Made by a program: the position numbers and the translations under genes. DNA of 64,000 nucleotides, taken from NCBI GenBank assembly GCA_964016885.1, contig OZ024741.1, positions 205,282,001 to 205,346,000 of the forward strand, written 5' to 3'. The notes beneath the pieces were generated by a model. The model was not told where the DNA came from, did no database searches, and saw only the letters and a program-made list of their open reading frames with translations. This DNA comes from Eledone cirrhosa (lineage: Eukaryota). This document shows positions 13,843 to 26,439 of this stretch, one piece after another (within the stretch, counting starts at the first letter, position 1; each line of letters begins with the position of its first letter).

Positions 13843-15539
13843 ATGATTTCGTAGAAAATATATCTAAAAACAGATTAATTCAAATGTTTTATAGTATCTT
13901 TACTATTGCGCAGACTTTCGTGAAAATTTACAGTGTTAAAGTAAAGACTTTAATTTTTAATGTAATGTAACCATAGAGCTGTTTTGTACTTTTTAAGAAT
14001 GTTCTTGCTAATATGGTTTGATGTGGTACAGGATGTTGAAAGTTTTGAACCACTCATTTCCATGCAATCTCAGAGAACATGTGAAGTTCATGTCATGGGC
14101 AATGAATTTTCCTCTTCAAATAAGTCATAAAAAAAAGAAACAGAAGTCTGGTTTCTAGCTAGGCCTAAGATTAAGACTACTTTACCAGTGCAATAGGTCT
14201 ATCAAGGTGACATAACATAGAAACTATTAAAAAAATAAATAAATCATAAAAACAAAACAATTACCAACACTGGCTTGAGTGTGCACATACTAAAATGAGT
14301 GTGTGGGTGGGGGGGGGGGGGGTGTACGTGAGTTATTTTCCAATGTTGGTAAGCATGAAAAAGAATTATCCATAGCTAAATTTAGCAGGATTTGTCATCA
14401 GTCACGACAAGTGTGATGTTTAAAATGAGGTGTATTATTACAAATTTAAAAAATAATTTCTCTTCAACATGCACCAGATTTTGGCCACATGCACACATAC
14501 ATCTAGAACATAGACCACGCAGAAACATTTTCACAGCTGTACATCCACCCATATGCAGGAGAGTGTACACATAAAACATATTTACAGGCAGACACACACA
14601 TACACACAAGCTTCAGCAACATTAAAAGCTGCATAAATTTGTAATTATAGAGAAAAATAACACACCTGTTGCCAATCAGAGAATAATGATTTTTTTTTTC
14701 TTTGCCAGGCACAATGCCAATGTTTATAAGAGAGGGTGTATACAGTCTACTGAATAGAATTTCATTTATACTTATTTTATTGACTCTCTGACAAAAAACA
14801 GGCTAAGACAACTCAATTGAGATTTGAACTCAAAACAATAATGACCCAGACAAGTTACCATTAATACTTTCAAGACCATATTTCTAATGAATACAGTGTA
14901 TTTCAATTAAGTGAAGAATTTAGAGACTTCTTGAGTCATTTACTAAATTAATCATTTCATTATTTAGATGTAACAGAACTTAAAATGTTCTTATATCATA
15001 TTATATTAAAAGATTTTAATATTAAAAAGGGTTTCAAAAACAACAACAATTCTGTTCCATCTTTTATGGTAGTTTTTCAACCTCGATAATAATGTAATTT
15101 CTAACATAGGAAGAATGCCATAAAACTTGTGGGATGGAATAGTCAGTAAAATTAACTCCAGTATCTGATGAGGATAAACTAACCTGAAAAGGAGGAAAGG
15201 CAAAAAATTTTTTAATAATAAATAAAAAACCCAGTAAAATTTGAATTCAAAACTTAAGACATTTTCGCCATTGCTCTAATATTTTTTCCAGCCACCACTT
15301 TAGAAGTGTTTAGTTTAGGGCAACTGATTCTATTATATGTCAGGTAATTACCCTATATACTTGAATATAATCTGACCCCCTATTTTATGTCTGAGAAATG
15401 GGCAAAAAATCTAAACCCTGATTAAAAATCCAGGCTTTTCTTTAATCATTAAAAACAATAGGGGGAGATCAAAATGAAGAGGGAATAGTTGAAAGAGATC
15501 AACTAAGAGAACACTGTATAAGGATTCAGAATAGAATAT

Positions 15540-16222
15540 TTGGCACAGTGGTTGGACTGAGATGAAGTTCCTAAACCTTTCACTCAGCCAAAGTTGCACC
15601 AAAAGAAGGTTATGGTGACTGTTTAGCAGTCTCACAGCTGGATTAAACAACCCCAGTGAAACAATCACAATAGCGAAGTATTGTCATGAAATCGATGAAA
15701 TACATAAAAAAAATTGCAGTGTTATGTGTTCAGTACCGGTCAAAGAAAAAAATGTTCAATTCTCTTGCATGACAACACTCAATCACATAAGCACTGGAAC
15801 AATTTCTGAACATTTGAACCAAATTGGAAAATTGAAAAAGCTTCAAAAATGGATAACCTCTTGCATGACAACACTCAATCACATATCACATAACCAACAC
15901 TCCAGAGGTTGAATGAATTAGGCTACGCAACACCCAGCATACTGGATCTTTTATCAACAGACTACCACTTTTTCAAGCTTTTTAATGTCTTCTAAAGAAA
16001 ATTCTTCAATAACCAAACAGCTGCAAAAAATGCCTTTGAAGAATTCATTGCCTCCAGAATTTCAGAAAGCTATGTTACCAGAATAAATAAACTTGTGTCT
16101 TAGGGAAAATATGTAGAGTCTAATGGGTTTTTATTTTGATCACTAAAGTTTATTCTGGATTGAGATATGTAGTTTTAAAGTTAATGTTTAAAAACCTGCA
16201 TTAATTTCTGAACAATCTGGTA
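15540..16222 (+). pseudogene. Mariner (Hsmar1/SETMAR-like) transposase remnant with right TIR
   Basis: Fragments AQWLD*DEVPKPFTQPKLHQKKVMVTV, NPSETITIAKYCHEIDE, ILLHDN, LNELGY, TDYHFFK and NAFEEFI. TIR-like AAAACCTGCATTAATTTCTGAACAATCTGGTA at ~16192-16222. Confidence 0.8.
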
Positions 16223-16355
16223 GAAAGACAAAATTGAATTCTGTTTAATATTTTAGTCCAAAATAGTGCCACTGTCACTTCATTCACAATAATTGATTTT
16301 AACACAAAATTGAAGCTTTGAAACTTTTTTAAGGGGCAATAAATAAATTGCATGT

Positions 16356-17049
16356 CATGATCATCATCGCCATCATCATCATCGTTTAATGTCCATCTTC
16401 CACGCTTGCATGGGTTTGGACGGGAATTTTCCCACTTGAGGCAAGATTGGTTGTCTTGCTCGTATAGGATTGTCTGGCGGGTATTCTACAGCTGGATACC
16501 CTTCCTAACACCAACCACGTTTACAGTGGACTGGGAGGTTTTTACCGTGTTACCTACACGGCCACATTACAGCGTGGACTGTGTGTTTTTTTTGTCGTGA
16601 CACCTACACGACCTCATTTATTTCGGACTGGATGTTGTGGTGCCAACATAACTTTACATCGAAAGGGGTGGTGTAGATGGGGTGGGGGTAGTGGGACAGG
16701 GGTGTATTTTGTTAGAGGTGCCTACTGACTGTAGGTTTCGCTTTGTACTTAGGCAAGGCGGGTCTTCTGTATTACTGTGTAGCGCCAAAGATCTCGGTCC
16801 AGTGACATTGTCTTGGAGAGGTGTAAGTGTGTGAGGTCGGAATTTATCAAGTCGTCCCAGGTTTTTCTGGGTCTGCCTACTCCGTGGCTACCGTCTATTT
16901 TTATCGCCCTACACTTTTTTATAAAGCTGTCGTGTTCCATGCGCATCACGTGACCATAACAACGTAGTCTTCTCTCGAGTAAACAACATCTTATTCCTAA
17001 TTTCTCCCTTAGTTCATTTATGCTTTGCCGTTCACGTATATTACTATTA
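16356..17049 (-). mobile_element. RTE LINE family B 3' fragment
   Basis: [12 protein letters not shown]...GRPRKTWDDLI, plus 3'UTR and (GAT)n tail. Confidence 0.92.
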
Positions 17050-17749
17050 TGATGTACATACATTTCTCCCTCTCTATTGACATCAAAGAGATGTAAAATA
17101 GCTTAACATTTTTATTACTATATTTCTAGTGAAAGACACTGCCTATGATTTTCAAATAATTTGAAGAGAGTTAATAATTGTTCCTACTTTTGGCACAAGG
17201 CCAGCAATTATCTCAGTGCATTAATGGTACTTTAAGAGATTTAATAATATAACTAAATTTCTCATTATTTATTTGGTGTTAAGAACATAGAAATCGTACA
17301 TAAAATAATGATGGAAGGTTTTTTTTTAGATAAATATAAATATTTAAAAATAAACAGCTTTCTATCGTAAAACCAAATGCAGTTCCAGGCGGGTTAGTAT
17401 CAAAAAGATTAAAAAGGACAATTAAAAAAAAAAAGAAAAAAAACGATGGAGGGACCTGACGTCTAGTCAATTATGGTCATATTAGTGATTTTGGCAATAC
17501 AGAGCCACAGTGGCAAGAATGAAATTCTTGAAATCAATTACATAATTTCTAAACATAAAATTTCAATTCATGTGACAAGAGAAACAAGAATAAGAATCTG
17601 ATAGAGAGAGGGTGGGGTAGGAAAAAAGAGTCAGCAAAAGGCATAGATAATGATAGAATGAAACGTCAGACGACAGAAGAATACACAACACATAAGAGAA
17701 AGACCTGAAAATATTGTGACTTTCTGACTAAGAGGAAGGAGGACTACAA

Positions 17750-18930
17750 GCTTTTGATGGCTTGACAACACAAAAACTTAAAATACTGGTGTGTGTGTGT
17801 GAGAGGGGGGGGGGGGCTGGAGATAGGTGAAAGAACTAGGGCAGCTGCGGAGCATAATGATGATGATGCTGTTTTAATACCGATTGATGATGGTAGTGGT
17901 GGGTGTGAAGACGAAAACGATGATGTTAACAAAGGATTGAATGATAAGAGAAGTAAAATTAGAGAAAAAGACACGACAATGTCCAACACAAACACACCTC
18001 CACCCCATCAATAAACAGAGAGAGGGACAGATACATCCGAAAAACAAAATACTACCACATTCACCAAAAATGTCTACATTAACAAAATAACTGAAATCCA
18101 CTCATCGAGAGATAATTCAAACGGTGATAAATTTCTTTAACAAAAATCATTTCTTCCGTTGACAAGACTCACATTTTTAAAAGAATAGCAAAGGAGATTG
18201 CGACGTTCATGCATTTCTCAAGGACAGTGATGCAAATGTAATAACTTCAGTAGTAATAGTAACACAAACAACAATCATAACCAAAAAACACAGATCTTTA
18301 TCGATAGATATTTCCACTACATTAGTTTAATTTATTTATTTTCTATATTTTTACCAAACAAAAGGACGTTGCTTGCATGTGACAAACCCTGCACCGACGC
18401 CGACGTCACTTCTACTACTGCCACCACCACAACCACCATTACAAGCAACGGTAGCTTTAAAATCCGATGGTGCTTTTAAACTGTTCAAGTATTAGTGAGA
18501 AAGAAAAAGGATGTGTACATGAAAGAGAAGGAGAGAAATAGGAAAGAAAGAAGGAAAGAGACAAAGAAACAGAGAGGGGAAAAAGATATATACACATACA
18601 CATATGTGAGAGAGAGAGAGACAGAGAGTAAGAGATAGAGAGAGAGAGAGTGAGAGAGTAAGAGATAGAGAGAGAGAGTGAAAGAGCAAGATAATGTGTG
18701 AGAACGAATATTCAATAACAACACAATCAAGATTTTGTAGCCAGTTCGGAATAGTCGAATTAAAATAATTAAGAACACAAACCAGTAAATACAAGAAATA
18801 TTGAAAATGATACTAATAATCAATATGTAATAAAAGGACCGTCTCTCTTCCTACGTCTACCCTATTTCACTTCAAACTCCTTTCCTTTTCATTGTCATTT
18901 GCCGTTTCCGACTGTCTTCAAGAAAGCGAA
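17750..18930 (-). promoter_or_regulatory. Possible host promoter or first-exon region (CpG-retaining, GA-rich)
   Basis: Locally more CpG than the flanks, CRE-like GACGTCA near 18402, GA microsatellite and a minus-strand GTGAGT donor-like site at 18172-18167. No coding exon identified. Confidence 0.25.
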
Positions 18931-18993
18931 CTATATATATATATATATATATAAGAATGGTATCCTGAAGGGGATCGGGAAATAACCACAGCA

Positions 18994-19052
18994 AAATCAA
19001 TTCCTGATGATTTCATACGAATGCAACAGTTCTAGACCTGTACAAGTGATTT
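18994..19052 (+). ncRNA. Degenerate type I hammerhead motif
   Basis: AAATCA..CTGATGA-TTTCATACGAAT-GCAA-CAG...CTG-TA..TGATTT, with GAAA mutated to GCAA. Same family as 25520-25567. Confidence 0.45.
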
Positions 19053-19164
19053 CTACATAAAATATACACACATATATATATATACACATATATACACATA
19101 CACACACACATACATATATATGAATACATATGTATATGTAAGTATGTATATATATATATAATAA

Positions 19165-19357
19165 TTGTTTCTACTTTAGGAACAAAGCCGGCAACTTCGA
19201 GGGAAAATTGATTAGTGCAATACTGGTGCTTTATTTACTGGCCCTGTAAGGATAAAAGGCAAATTTAACCACAGCGAGATTCAAACTCAGAACATAAAGG
19301 GCCATAACTCTATGTTGCAAAGCATGGTGTCTGATGCTCTACCGATACTGCCAATCC
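19165..19357 (-). mobile_element. tRNA-derived SINE with Deu/Nin-like central domain
   Basis: Minus strand: TGGCAGTATCGG (A box), GAGTTTGAATCT (B box), TTTGCCTTTTATCCTTACAGGG...AATAAAGCACCAG. Related fragments at ~565-735, ~8375-8465 and ~11150-11225. Confidence 0.6.
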
Positions 19358-19539
19358 TAGTAACGAGGTATCAAAATAGCATCATTATGTTTATTGAGTG
19401 TGACATGTTTCACGATTGATCAGCTCAAGGTACAATCAGTATTGATTATGCCCAACTTTGGAATCAATAGCTCATCAGACTCTGTGGTTTCCTTAAACAA
19501 TATTCATTATCATTTTATGTCCACGCTTGCATGGTAACT

Positions 19540-20705
19540 CATCTCAGAGCTGCTACACTCAATGTGGGCACACTGAAAGGAAGATCAGGTGGAATTGTGG
19601 GGTTGCTTGAGAGGTGACGAGTGGATGTAAGTTGTGTTCAGGTGTGTAGGCATTCTACTAGCTGAAAAGTGGATAGATAAGGTAAGAGTAAGCAACAGAA
19701 TTATCAAACTCAATAGTCATAGGCAATAGAATGACAATTATCTCTAGTTATGCACTAGAAGCAGGACTAAGTAAGGAACAAAAGGACTGCTTTTATGAAC
19801 AACATTTACAGACAACCACAGTTACTGATGACAGAAACCTCATCAACCTAGCAGGTGATTTCAATGGACATGTTGGACAGCACTAGGATGGCTACACCAA
19901 TGTACATGCTGGCTATGGCTCAAGAAAAGAAGAGGGAATAAGGCTCCTGGAATTCTGGGATGCAAATGATATAACCATTTACAACACTAACTTCAGGAAA
20001 CCAGCCAGCTACCTGACCACTTACCAGTCAAGCAAACACATGAGCCAGATTAACTTTAAATTTGTTAGAAAACGAGATAGATAAATGGTTAGAAATATTA
20101 AGACCTTCCCCAGAGAAGAATGCACTGCCCAACATAAGTTAGTTACAAGCAACATCAAAATATGCTCAAGACAGAAAAGGAAACAGAAGAAAATCTGGTG
20201 AAGGAGGAGGAGAGTTTGGCGGCTAAAGGGCCTTTCTGTGTAGATTTAGGAAAGATTTATGTGAGACATGAGAAGGAAGGTGAGTTAGATGCATATGACA
20301 GAGGACAATTGGAAGCTCCTACGTAATAACCTACTACAGACTACTGAAAAGACTTTCGGCTGGAGCAAAGCACCAGCCAGACAGAGGGTGACCTGGTGGT
20401 GGAACAGCACAGCTATTAAAACCAAGAAACAAGCGTGAAAAGACTGGAAAACTGGACGCAGCAGAGACCAGTACCAGGTAGCTAAGATAGATGCTAGGCG
20501 ACAGGTATACATAGCAGAAAAAAGAGCTGGAAAGGAACTTTGCCAATGTCTTGTGACGTGAGGTGCTCCACATTGCACGGAAGTGTGTCAGTGTGAATCA
20601 AGTTATTGTTGGAGAGAAGTGTGTTTGAAATGCTACAATCAGAGGTTAATGAATGTGGAGAATGAATGGAAGGTAGTCTACCCCAAGCAAAGGGACCAGC
20701 TATCG
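19540..20705 (+). pseudogene. Old RTE LINE, apurinic-like endonuclease and linker
   Basis: ATLNVGTLKGRSG, AGDFNGHVG, NTNFRKP, KTFPREECTAQHKLV and VTWWWN, with many stops and indels. Confidence 0.85.
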
Positions 20706-20746
20706 AAATTGGCCATCAATGCCAAGCGCGCGTGCGTGCGTGCGTA

Positions 20747-20798
<52 letters not shown>

Positions 20799-21469
20799 CT
20801 ATTTTTAGAAACGTGGAGCAGGTATGTATTTATTGAAAATTAACCTCGGGCTAGAAGCTTCACACATTTTTTGAGTATGAAAAATAGTCTAACAAATTGG
20901 CTTTTATGTCCAATCTGTTTTTCATAGTTAATTTTCAATATATATATAATCTATTTATAAAATATCAATTTGAGCGACCTCTGTCTGTCCGTTACACAAT
21001 GATAATACAAGATGTGCCCAAAATAACACATAATGAGACTGATCCGAACCCCAGCTTCATATGGTGCGTGGAGTAGTTGGTGTTAGGAAGGGCATCCAGT
21101 GATAGAAAAACAAGACAAAATCAGATTGTATGAACATGACGTGGTCATCTGACCTGTCTGGCCTTCCTAACCCATGTAAGCATAGAAAATAGAGAAATAG
21201 TGATGGTGACAGACGTGTATATACTGATATATAGAGTGAGATGTATATATTGACATATGTAAGTGACAGACATTTATACACACATCCATGTGTGTGTGAA
21301 TGCATGCAGCCTAGTGATTGCTTAGGGATAAGGTTGTAGGTTACATTCCTGGACCTGGCGGTACATTGAGTTCTTATCATGATTGAAGTAGAGCCCTTAT
21401 TAAAACACTCGAGATGCAGCCTTATAGGGGCCCAAGTAAATCATAGGTGTGAGCTGTTTCAATTTTTTC

Positions 21470-21544
21470 ATACACACACAATATATATATATATATACAC
21501 ACACACATATATATAGATATATATATATATATATATACATATAT

Positions 21545-21593
<49 letters not shown>

Positions 21594-21644
21594 TACATAC
21601 ACACACACATATATATATATATATATACACACACATATATACAT

Positions 21645-21691
<47 letters not shown>

Positions 21692-21862
21692 TACATACAC
21701 ACATATATATACACATATAAATACACACACATATACATACATACACATATATATATATATATACACACATATATATACATACACACATATACCCATATAT
21801 ACATACACACATATACCCATATATACATACACATATATATATATATAAATACACACATATAT

Positions 21863-21900
<38 letters not shown>
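21470..21900. repeat. Interrupted (TA)n/(CA)n microsatellite
   Basis: Seen directly. Confidence 0.97.
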
Positions 21901-21901
<1 letters not shown>

Positions 21902-22496
21902 GAGAGACAGACAAACACATAAATAGAGAGATACTGACAGGTAGTAAATGTATTGATAGAGAGGTCTATATAGTCAGATAGGCAAATATAGAAAGTTATT
22001 TATCTCTGAGACAAATAAACATAGACATACAAATAGATGTACAGACTGAGATAGAGAGATATTCACACACAGGTTATATAGATGTTTACAGACTAACTGT
22101 TGTTACATATCTCAGTAATTAAGGGCAGCAGGAGTGTATAAACAGTCCAGAATGAAGAAATTCTTGAGAAATGGATGAAGGAAAAATATGGTAAGGAAAA
22201 CTAAGCAAAGAGAAATTGCAAGACAGAAATTTAATATCTACAATACAAAGTAAAACTAGTAATGCAGTGTGGTGTCATGGATAGGTTGTTCAGTTTGATA
22301 TGTAGTAAGAATGTTAAGATATGTATGTCGCTAGATTATACACACATACATCCCAGAGAGAGAGAATTAGATACATAAACAAATAGCTCTAGAGACACAC
22401 AAGACATAGGAATAATTGTAGAGGGATGAGACAAATGCATACAAATACAAAGATGTTATGGAAAAATGTATAGAAATATGTATACCTTTCATAACA

Positions 22497-22527
<31 letters not shown>

Positions 22528-22701
22528 CAGGCATAATGAGCTTATTGCTTATGTCAAAGGAACAAAGAGGGAAAGGGGGAGTTATTAAAGAATAACATTA
22601 CATGGTAAGACTTCCTGGTTGTTTAACCCTAATTCGAGCCTGATTAAAAAGAATGCCAGCTGTGATCATACTATTTTTTAAAAACACACACACACACACA
22701 C

Positions 22702-22749
<48 letters not shown>

Positions 22750-23646
22750 GATTCTGAGGATGATGGTGAAATGGATCTAGAAGACTAGTAATATGTGGTG
22801 GCATATCCAATCTCTATTAGTCAATATATAAATTTATCATGATCAATCAACCCTCTGAAACGATTGTAAAACAATGAACTAATTAAGAAACTATCTTCAC
22901 TTTTTGTTTTATTTTCATTGTTTAATACACACATATATGACTGTAGCTCGATTAGAATCTTCAATGGAACCATATGTGATGAAACGCTACTACAGAAACT
23001 ATAGCCCTCATGGGATGATCTCATTGGAATCATCTCATCAAGACTGCATGGAGTTCTAACTACATTATTGGCCCTAGCATAAACTGATGGATACCAGTAA
23101 ACATACTTCTCTTGACCCTTCTCGTACTTGCTGCTCCTGTCACTTCCACTGGCTTCTGCTTCCACTTCCACAGGGCTATTACTTTCTTTTCTACCAGTGG
23201 TGTAATACTGACAGCATGTGCTTTACTGATCTGTTTATCTATTCTGTTCTGTCTTAGCGCGCACACATCATACCAGCAAAAAAGTGTATTTGCTGTTGCA
23301 CAAGCTGGCATAAAAAAAATGTGGTCCTCTCAATTTGTGCTAAACTGCAAGCCTGTTTCATAGCTGATGAGGTCAGATGTGTGCGCTTGCATGTATGAAT
23401 TTGTAGCAATTATGACTCAAATTTCTCTTCTCTTAAACTTTTCTATATTTCATCTGCCAATCATTGCTTTTCTTTTTACCGTCCACAGATCTCTGTCCTT
23501 TGAGGTATTTTTAGCCGACTTGCATGCTGTCATTGATGTCCCATTGTGAGATAAGCCAGGTCAGATGACCTTGTCTTGCTGTATCCATTCTATTTCACAA
23601 GCTTCGTCCCATAATTACATATACATACACACACACATTATATATA

Positions 23647-23976
23647 TGGGCTAGTGGTTAGAGCATTGGCCTTGCAATCGAAAGGTTGTGAGCTCAATTC
23701 TCAGACTGGGTGATGTGTTGTTTCCTTGAGCAAGACACTTTATTTCACATTGCTCCAGTTTATTCAGCTGTAAAAATGAGATGATAGGGACTGGGGTCCA
23801 TATCATTCCACTGCAAAGTGGTGGTGGAGGTGCCACAGCAAAAAAGCACCCAGCACTCACTGTAAATGAGGTTGGTGTTAGGAAGGGCATCCAGCTGTAG
23901 AAATCAAGCCAGAATCAGTTCCCGTCCCACTCTTGCAAGCAGGGAAAAGCAGACGTAAAATGATGATGATGATGAT
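23647..23976 (+). mobile_element. Chimeric tRNA-SINE (tRNA head, CORE-like body, RTE-A 3'UTR, RTE-C tail)
   Basis: A/B boxes and TCCTTGAGCAAGACACTT. Middle matches the RTE-A 3'UTR (32270-32427). End matches 51965-52023. (GAT)n tail. Confidence 0.85.
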
Positions 23977-24287
23977 AGTAATACAGTATATACAAATACT
24001 TTTTATAAACAAACTGGTTCAGAAACAATGCCATGGGTTAGAACTAATTTAGCCACCAATAAAGTTGTATTTGAAAATAAAAGAATATTGAATTCTGATG
24101 TAAGTTTCTAATTTTTAAAAAAGACAAACTATTATTGGCTGAGAAGTAGCAATTCCAATGGTTTGGATTAGTTTGGTCATGTTGTTCACCAACCACGGAC
24201 ATTTATGGTCTACTGAGTAATCAACAGTAACTTTCAAGACCTGAGAATATATATTTATATGGCCAGACATGTCTGACAACAGTGCCA

Positions 24288-24700
24288 CCCAGTTCCACAC
24301 TGTAAACGTGGTTGGTGGTAGGAAGGGCATCCAGCAGCCGTAAAAGCCCAGCCCAAACATAGCCCCACAAGCATGGCACGGCCAACTTGCCAGACTTCCC
24401 TCATAATTGGACCACCCAGATCCCAAAATACAGCAACAGTCTCAATATGTCTGAAATATGGCACGGCCATCTTGGCTCATAACAGGACCACCCAGTATAA
24501 GTAAAGCTTGGCGCGGCCAACCAGCCTGACCTTCCTCATAATGGGTCACTCAGCTCCAAAATTATGGTTCCGATGTTAGCAGGGTACAGTGCAGCCAACT
24601 GGTCAGACCCTCCTCATAACGGTGCCATACAGTTCCACACTGTAAATGTGGTTTGTGCTAAGAAGAGCATCCAGCTGTCAAAATCCCAGCCAAAATACAG
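24288..24700 (+). repeat. Degenerate tandem repeat bracketed by the RTE 3'UTR module
   Basis: CAGTTCCACACTGTAAA..GCATCCAGC at 24290 and 24630, enclosing ~4 GGCACGGCCAAC...CCTCATAA units. Confidence 0.55.
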
Positions 24701-24713
24701 TTCCATCTGATCA

Positions 24714-25375
24714 AGAGGTTTCGGTCCTGTGTCATCGTCTTTGAGAGGTGCAATTGAGTAAGGTCAGCTTTTATCACCTCATCCCAAATGTTCCTGGGTC
24801 TCTCAATTCCAAGGCTTCCATCTACTTTGAGTGTTCTGCACCTTTTTATACAGCTGTCATTCTTCATTCACATCACATATCTATACCAACACAATCTCCT
24901 CTTCTGCATACTGCATCTCATTCCTTTTATGCCTAGTTTCTCTCTCAATTCATTTATGCTTTGCTGTTCACGTAAATTACTATTACACATCCAACGGAGC
25001 ATGCAAGCTTCATTTCTTTCCAATCTACGCAGGTTTTCTGCACATAGCACTCAAGTCTCACTACCATGCAACATTGTTGTTTATATGCACACATCATACA
25101 GTCTGCCTTTTATTCTGAGGGAAAAGCCTTTTGTAGCTAGCAATGGTAGTAGCTCTCTGAACTTCTTCCATCCCGCTCTTGCTCTGGCTACTGTACTTTC
25201 AGAACACCCACCTCTGCTGCTGACTTGGTCACCCAGGAAGCAGAAGCTGTCTACTGCTTCTACTGAACCTTTCATGAATTTGATAGCGCTCATTTCCTGC
25301 TTACTGCTCTAGTGCAACAGCTACATGTAAAAACCTAAGTATTTAGCTAAACTTCCCGAGATCCCACTACATCTT
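24714..25375 (-). mobile_element. RTE subfamily A2 fragment
   Basis: VDSFCFLG, ARAGWKKFRELLP and RRLERNEACMLRWMC. Truncated inside the PHD. Confidence 0.9.
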
Positions 25376-25519
25376 TTATATTCATGTATGTGTGTGTATA
25401 TACACACACAGGTGGTGCTATTAAGTTAGACATGGTCTGGGCCAATACTGGCCGAAACCTATCTATACATATATATATACACATACATATAAATACAACA
25501 ATTTTACAAGGACAGTTGG

Positions 25520-25567
25520 CTTTCCTGATGATTTTTCTTGAATGAAACAGTTCTTGTCCTGTAGAAG
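25520..25567 (+). ncRNA. Type I hammerhead ribozyme motif
   Basis: TTTC-CTGATGA-TTTTTCTTGAAT-GAAA-CAG-TTCTTGTC-CTG-TA-GAAG. Core intact with a GUA site, but stems I and II are weak. Confidence 0.55.
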
Positions 25568-25664
25568 ACATCTCTATAATAAACATGATGTTTACGCTCT
25601 ACTAATGTATTAAGTACCTTACTAACTGTGGTTACCTCCGATTGAATCTGGGACTCATATATAT

Positions 25665-25853
25665 CAGAGCACTAGAAGTCGATGGAAGCCACAGAGTGGG
25701 GAGACCCAAGAAGACCTGGGATGAGGTGATAAAAGCCAACCTTACCCAATTGCACCTCTCAAAGGCAATGACACACGACCGTGACCTCTGGCGTCACGCA
25801 GTAATACAGAAGACCCGACTTCCCACGGGAACAAGCCGAAGCTGAAGCATATA
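25665..25853 (+). mobile_element. RTE family A short C-terminal fragment
   Basis: RALEVDGSHRVGRPKKTWDEVI...DRDLWR. Confidence 0.85.
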
Positions 25854-26439
25854 GACAATATTTTGTACACATATATATAGACCAAACAATATGCACAAAA
25901 ATATACATATATTAAGATAGTAAAAAGTCTTTCTTTCCTATACAGCTGTTTCACAGATGAACGAATGATGCAAAACCATTGATCTAAGGAGTTGATTATC
26001 GATTACCAACTAAGACAGATGTTATCTTCAGTAGGGTTGTCTTAATATATGTCTCATACTGTACAAAATACCTTTATATCTTTTGAGAGTAGAAATTTTA
26101 AATCTCCTCGACATGGTGTCAAAACAAACATTTAATGGCCAAAGCAGATATAAATAGGACTGGACAAAATTAGTGCTAGAAAGAGGTCCCAAAAAAAAAC
26201 AGTCCCATTTGATGCAACTCAAAATTTGGAGTTATGTTATACATATTAAATGTATGATGATCATGTTTCTCAATAAAAAAGCTCAAAGGACCTTAGTTCA
26301 GAGCATCAATTATATAAATCTATATTTTAATAAGAACATTGTCTGTCCGTCCTGCTCACTTTATATAGAGGGAGAGTGCCAAGCAAGAGCTTGGAGAAAA
26401 GGGAATGCTGTGTTTTCGAGGTGACAGAAAAAAGTAGAT

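Noticed and set aside
22821-23363. Host exon or gene (116-aa ORF and neighbours)
   Set aside because: No recognisable domain or convincing splice pair. It may be very old LINE debris.
23647-23712. tRNA gene
   Set aside because: A and B boxes are present but there is no full cloverleaf, and it continues into a SINE body and tail.
25409-25465. Hammerhead half (GGCC..GGCC-GAAAC)
   Set aside because: No CTGANGA. It matches the CR1-like 3'UTR at 48100-48155.
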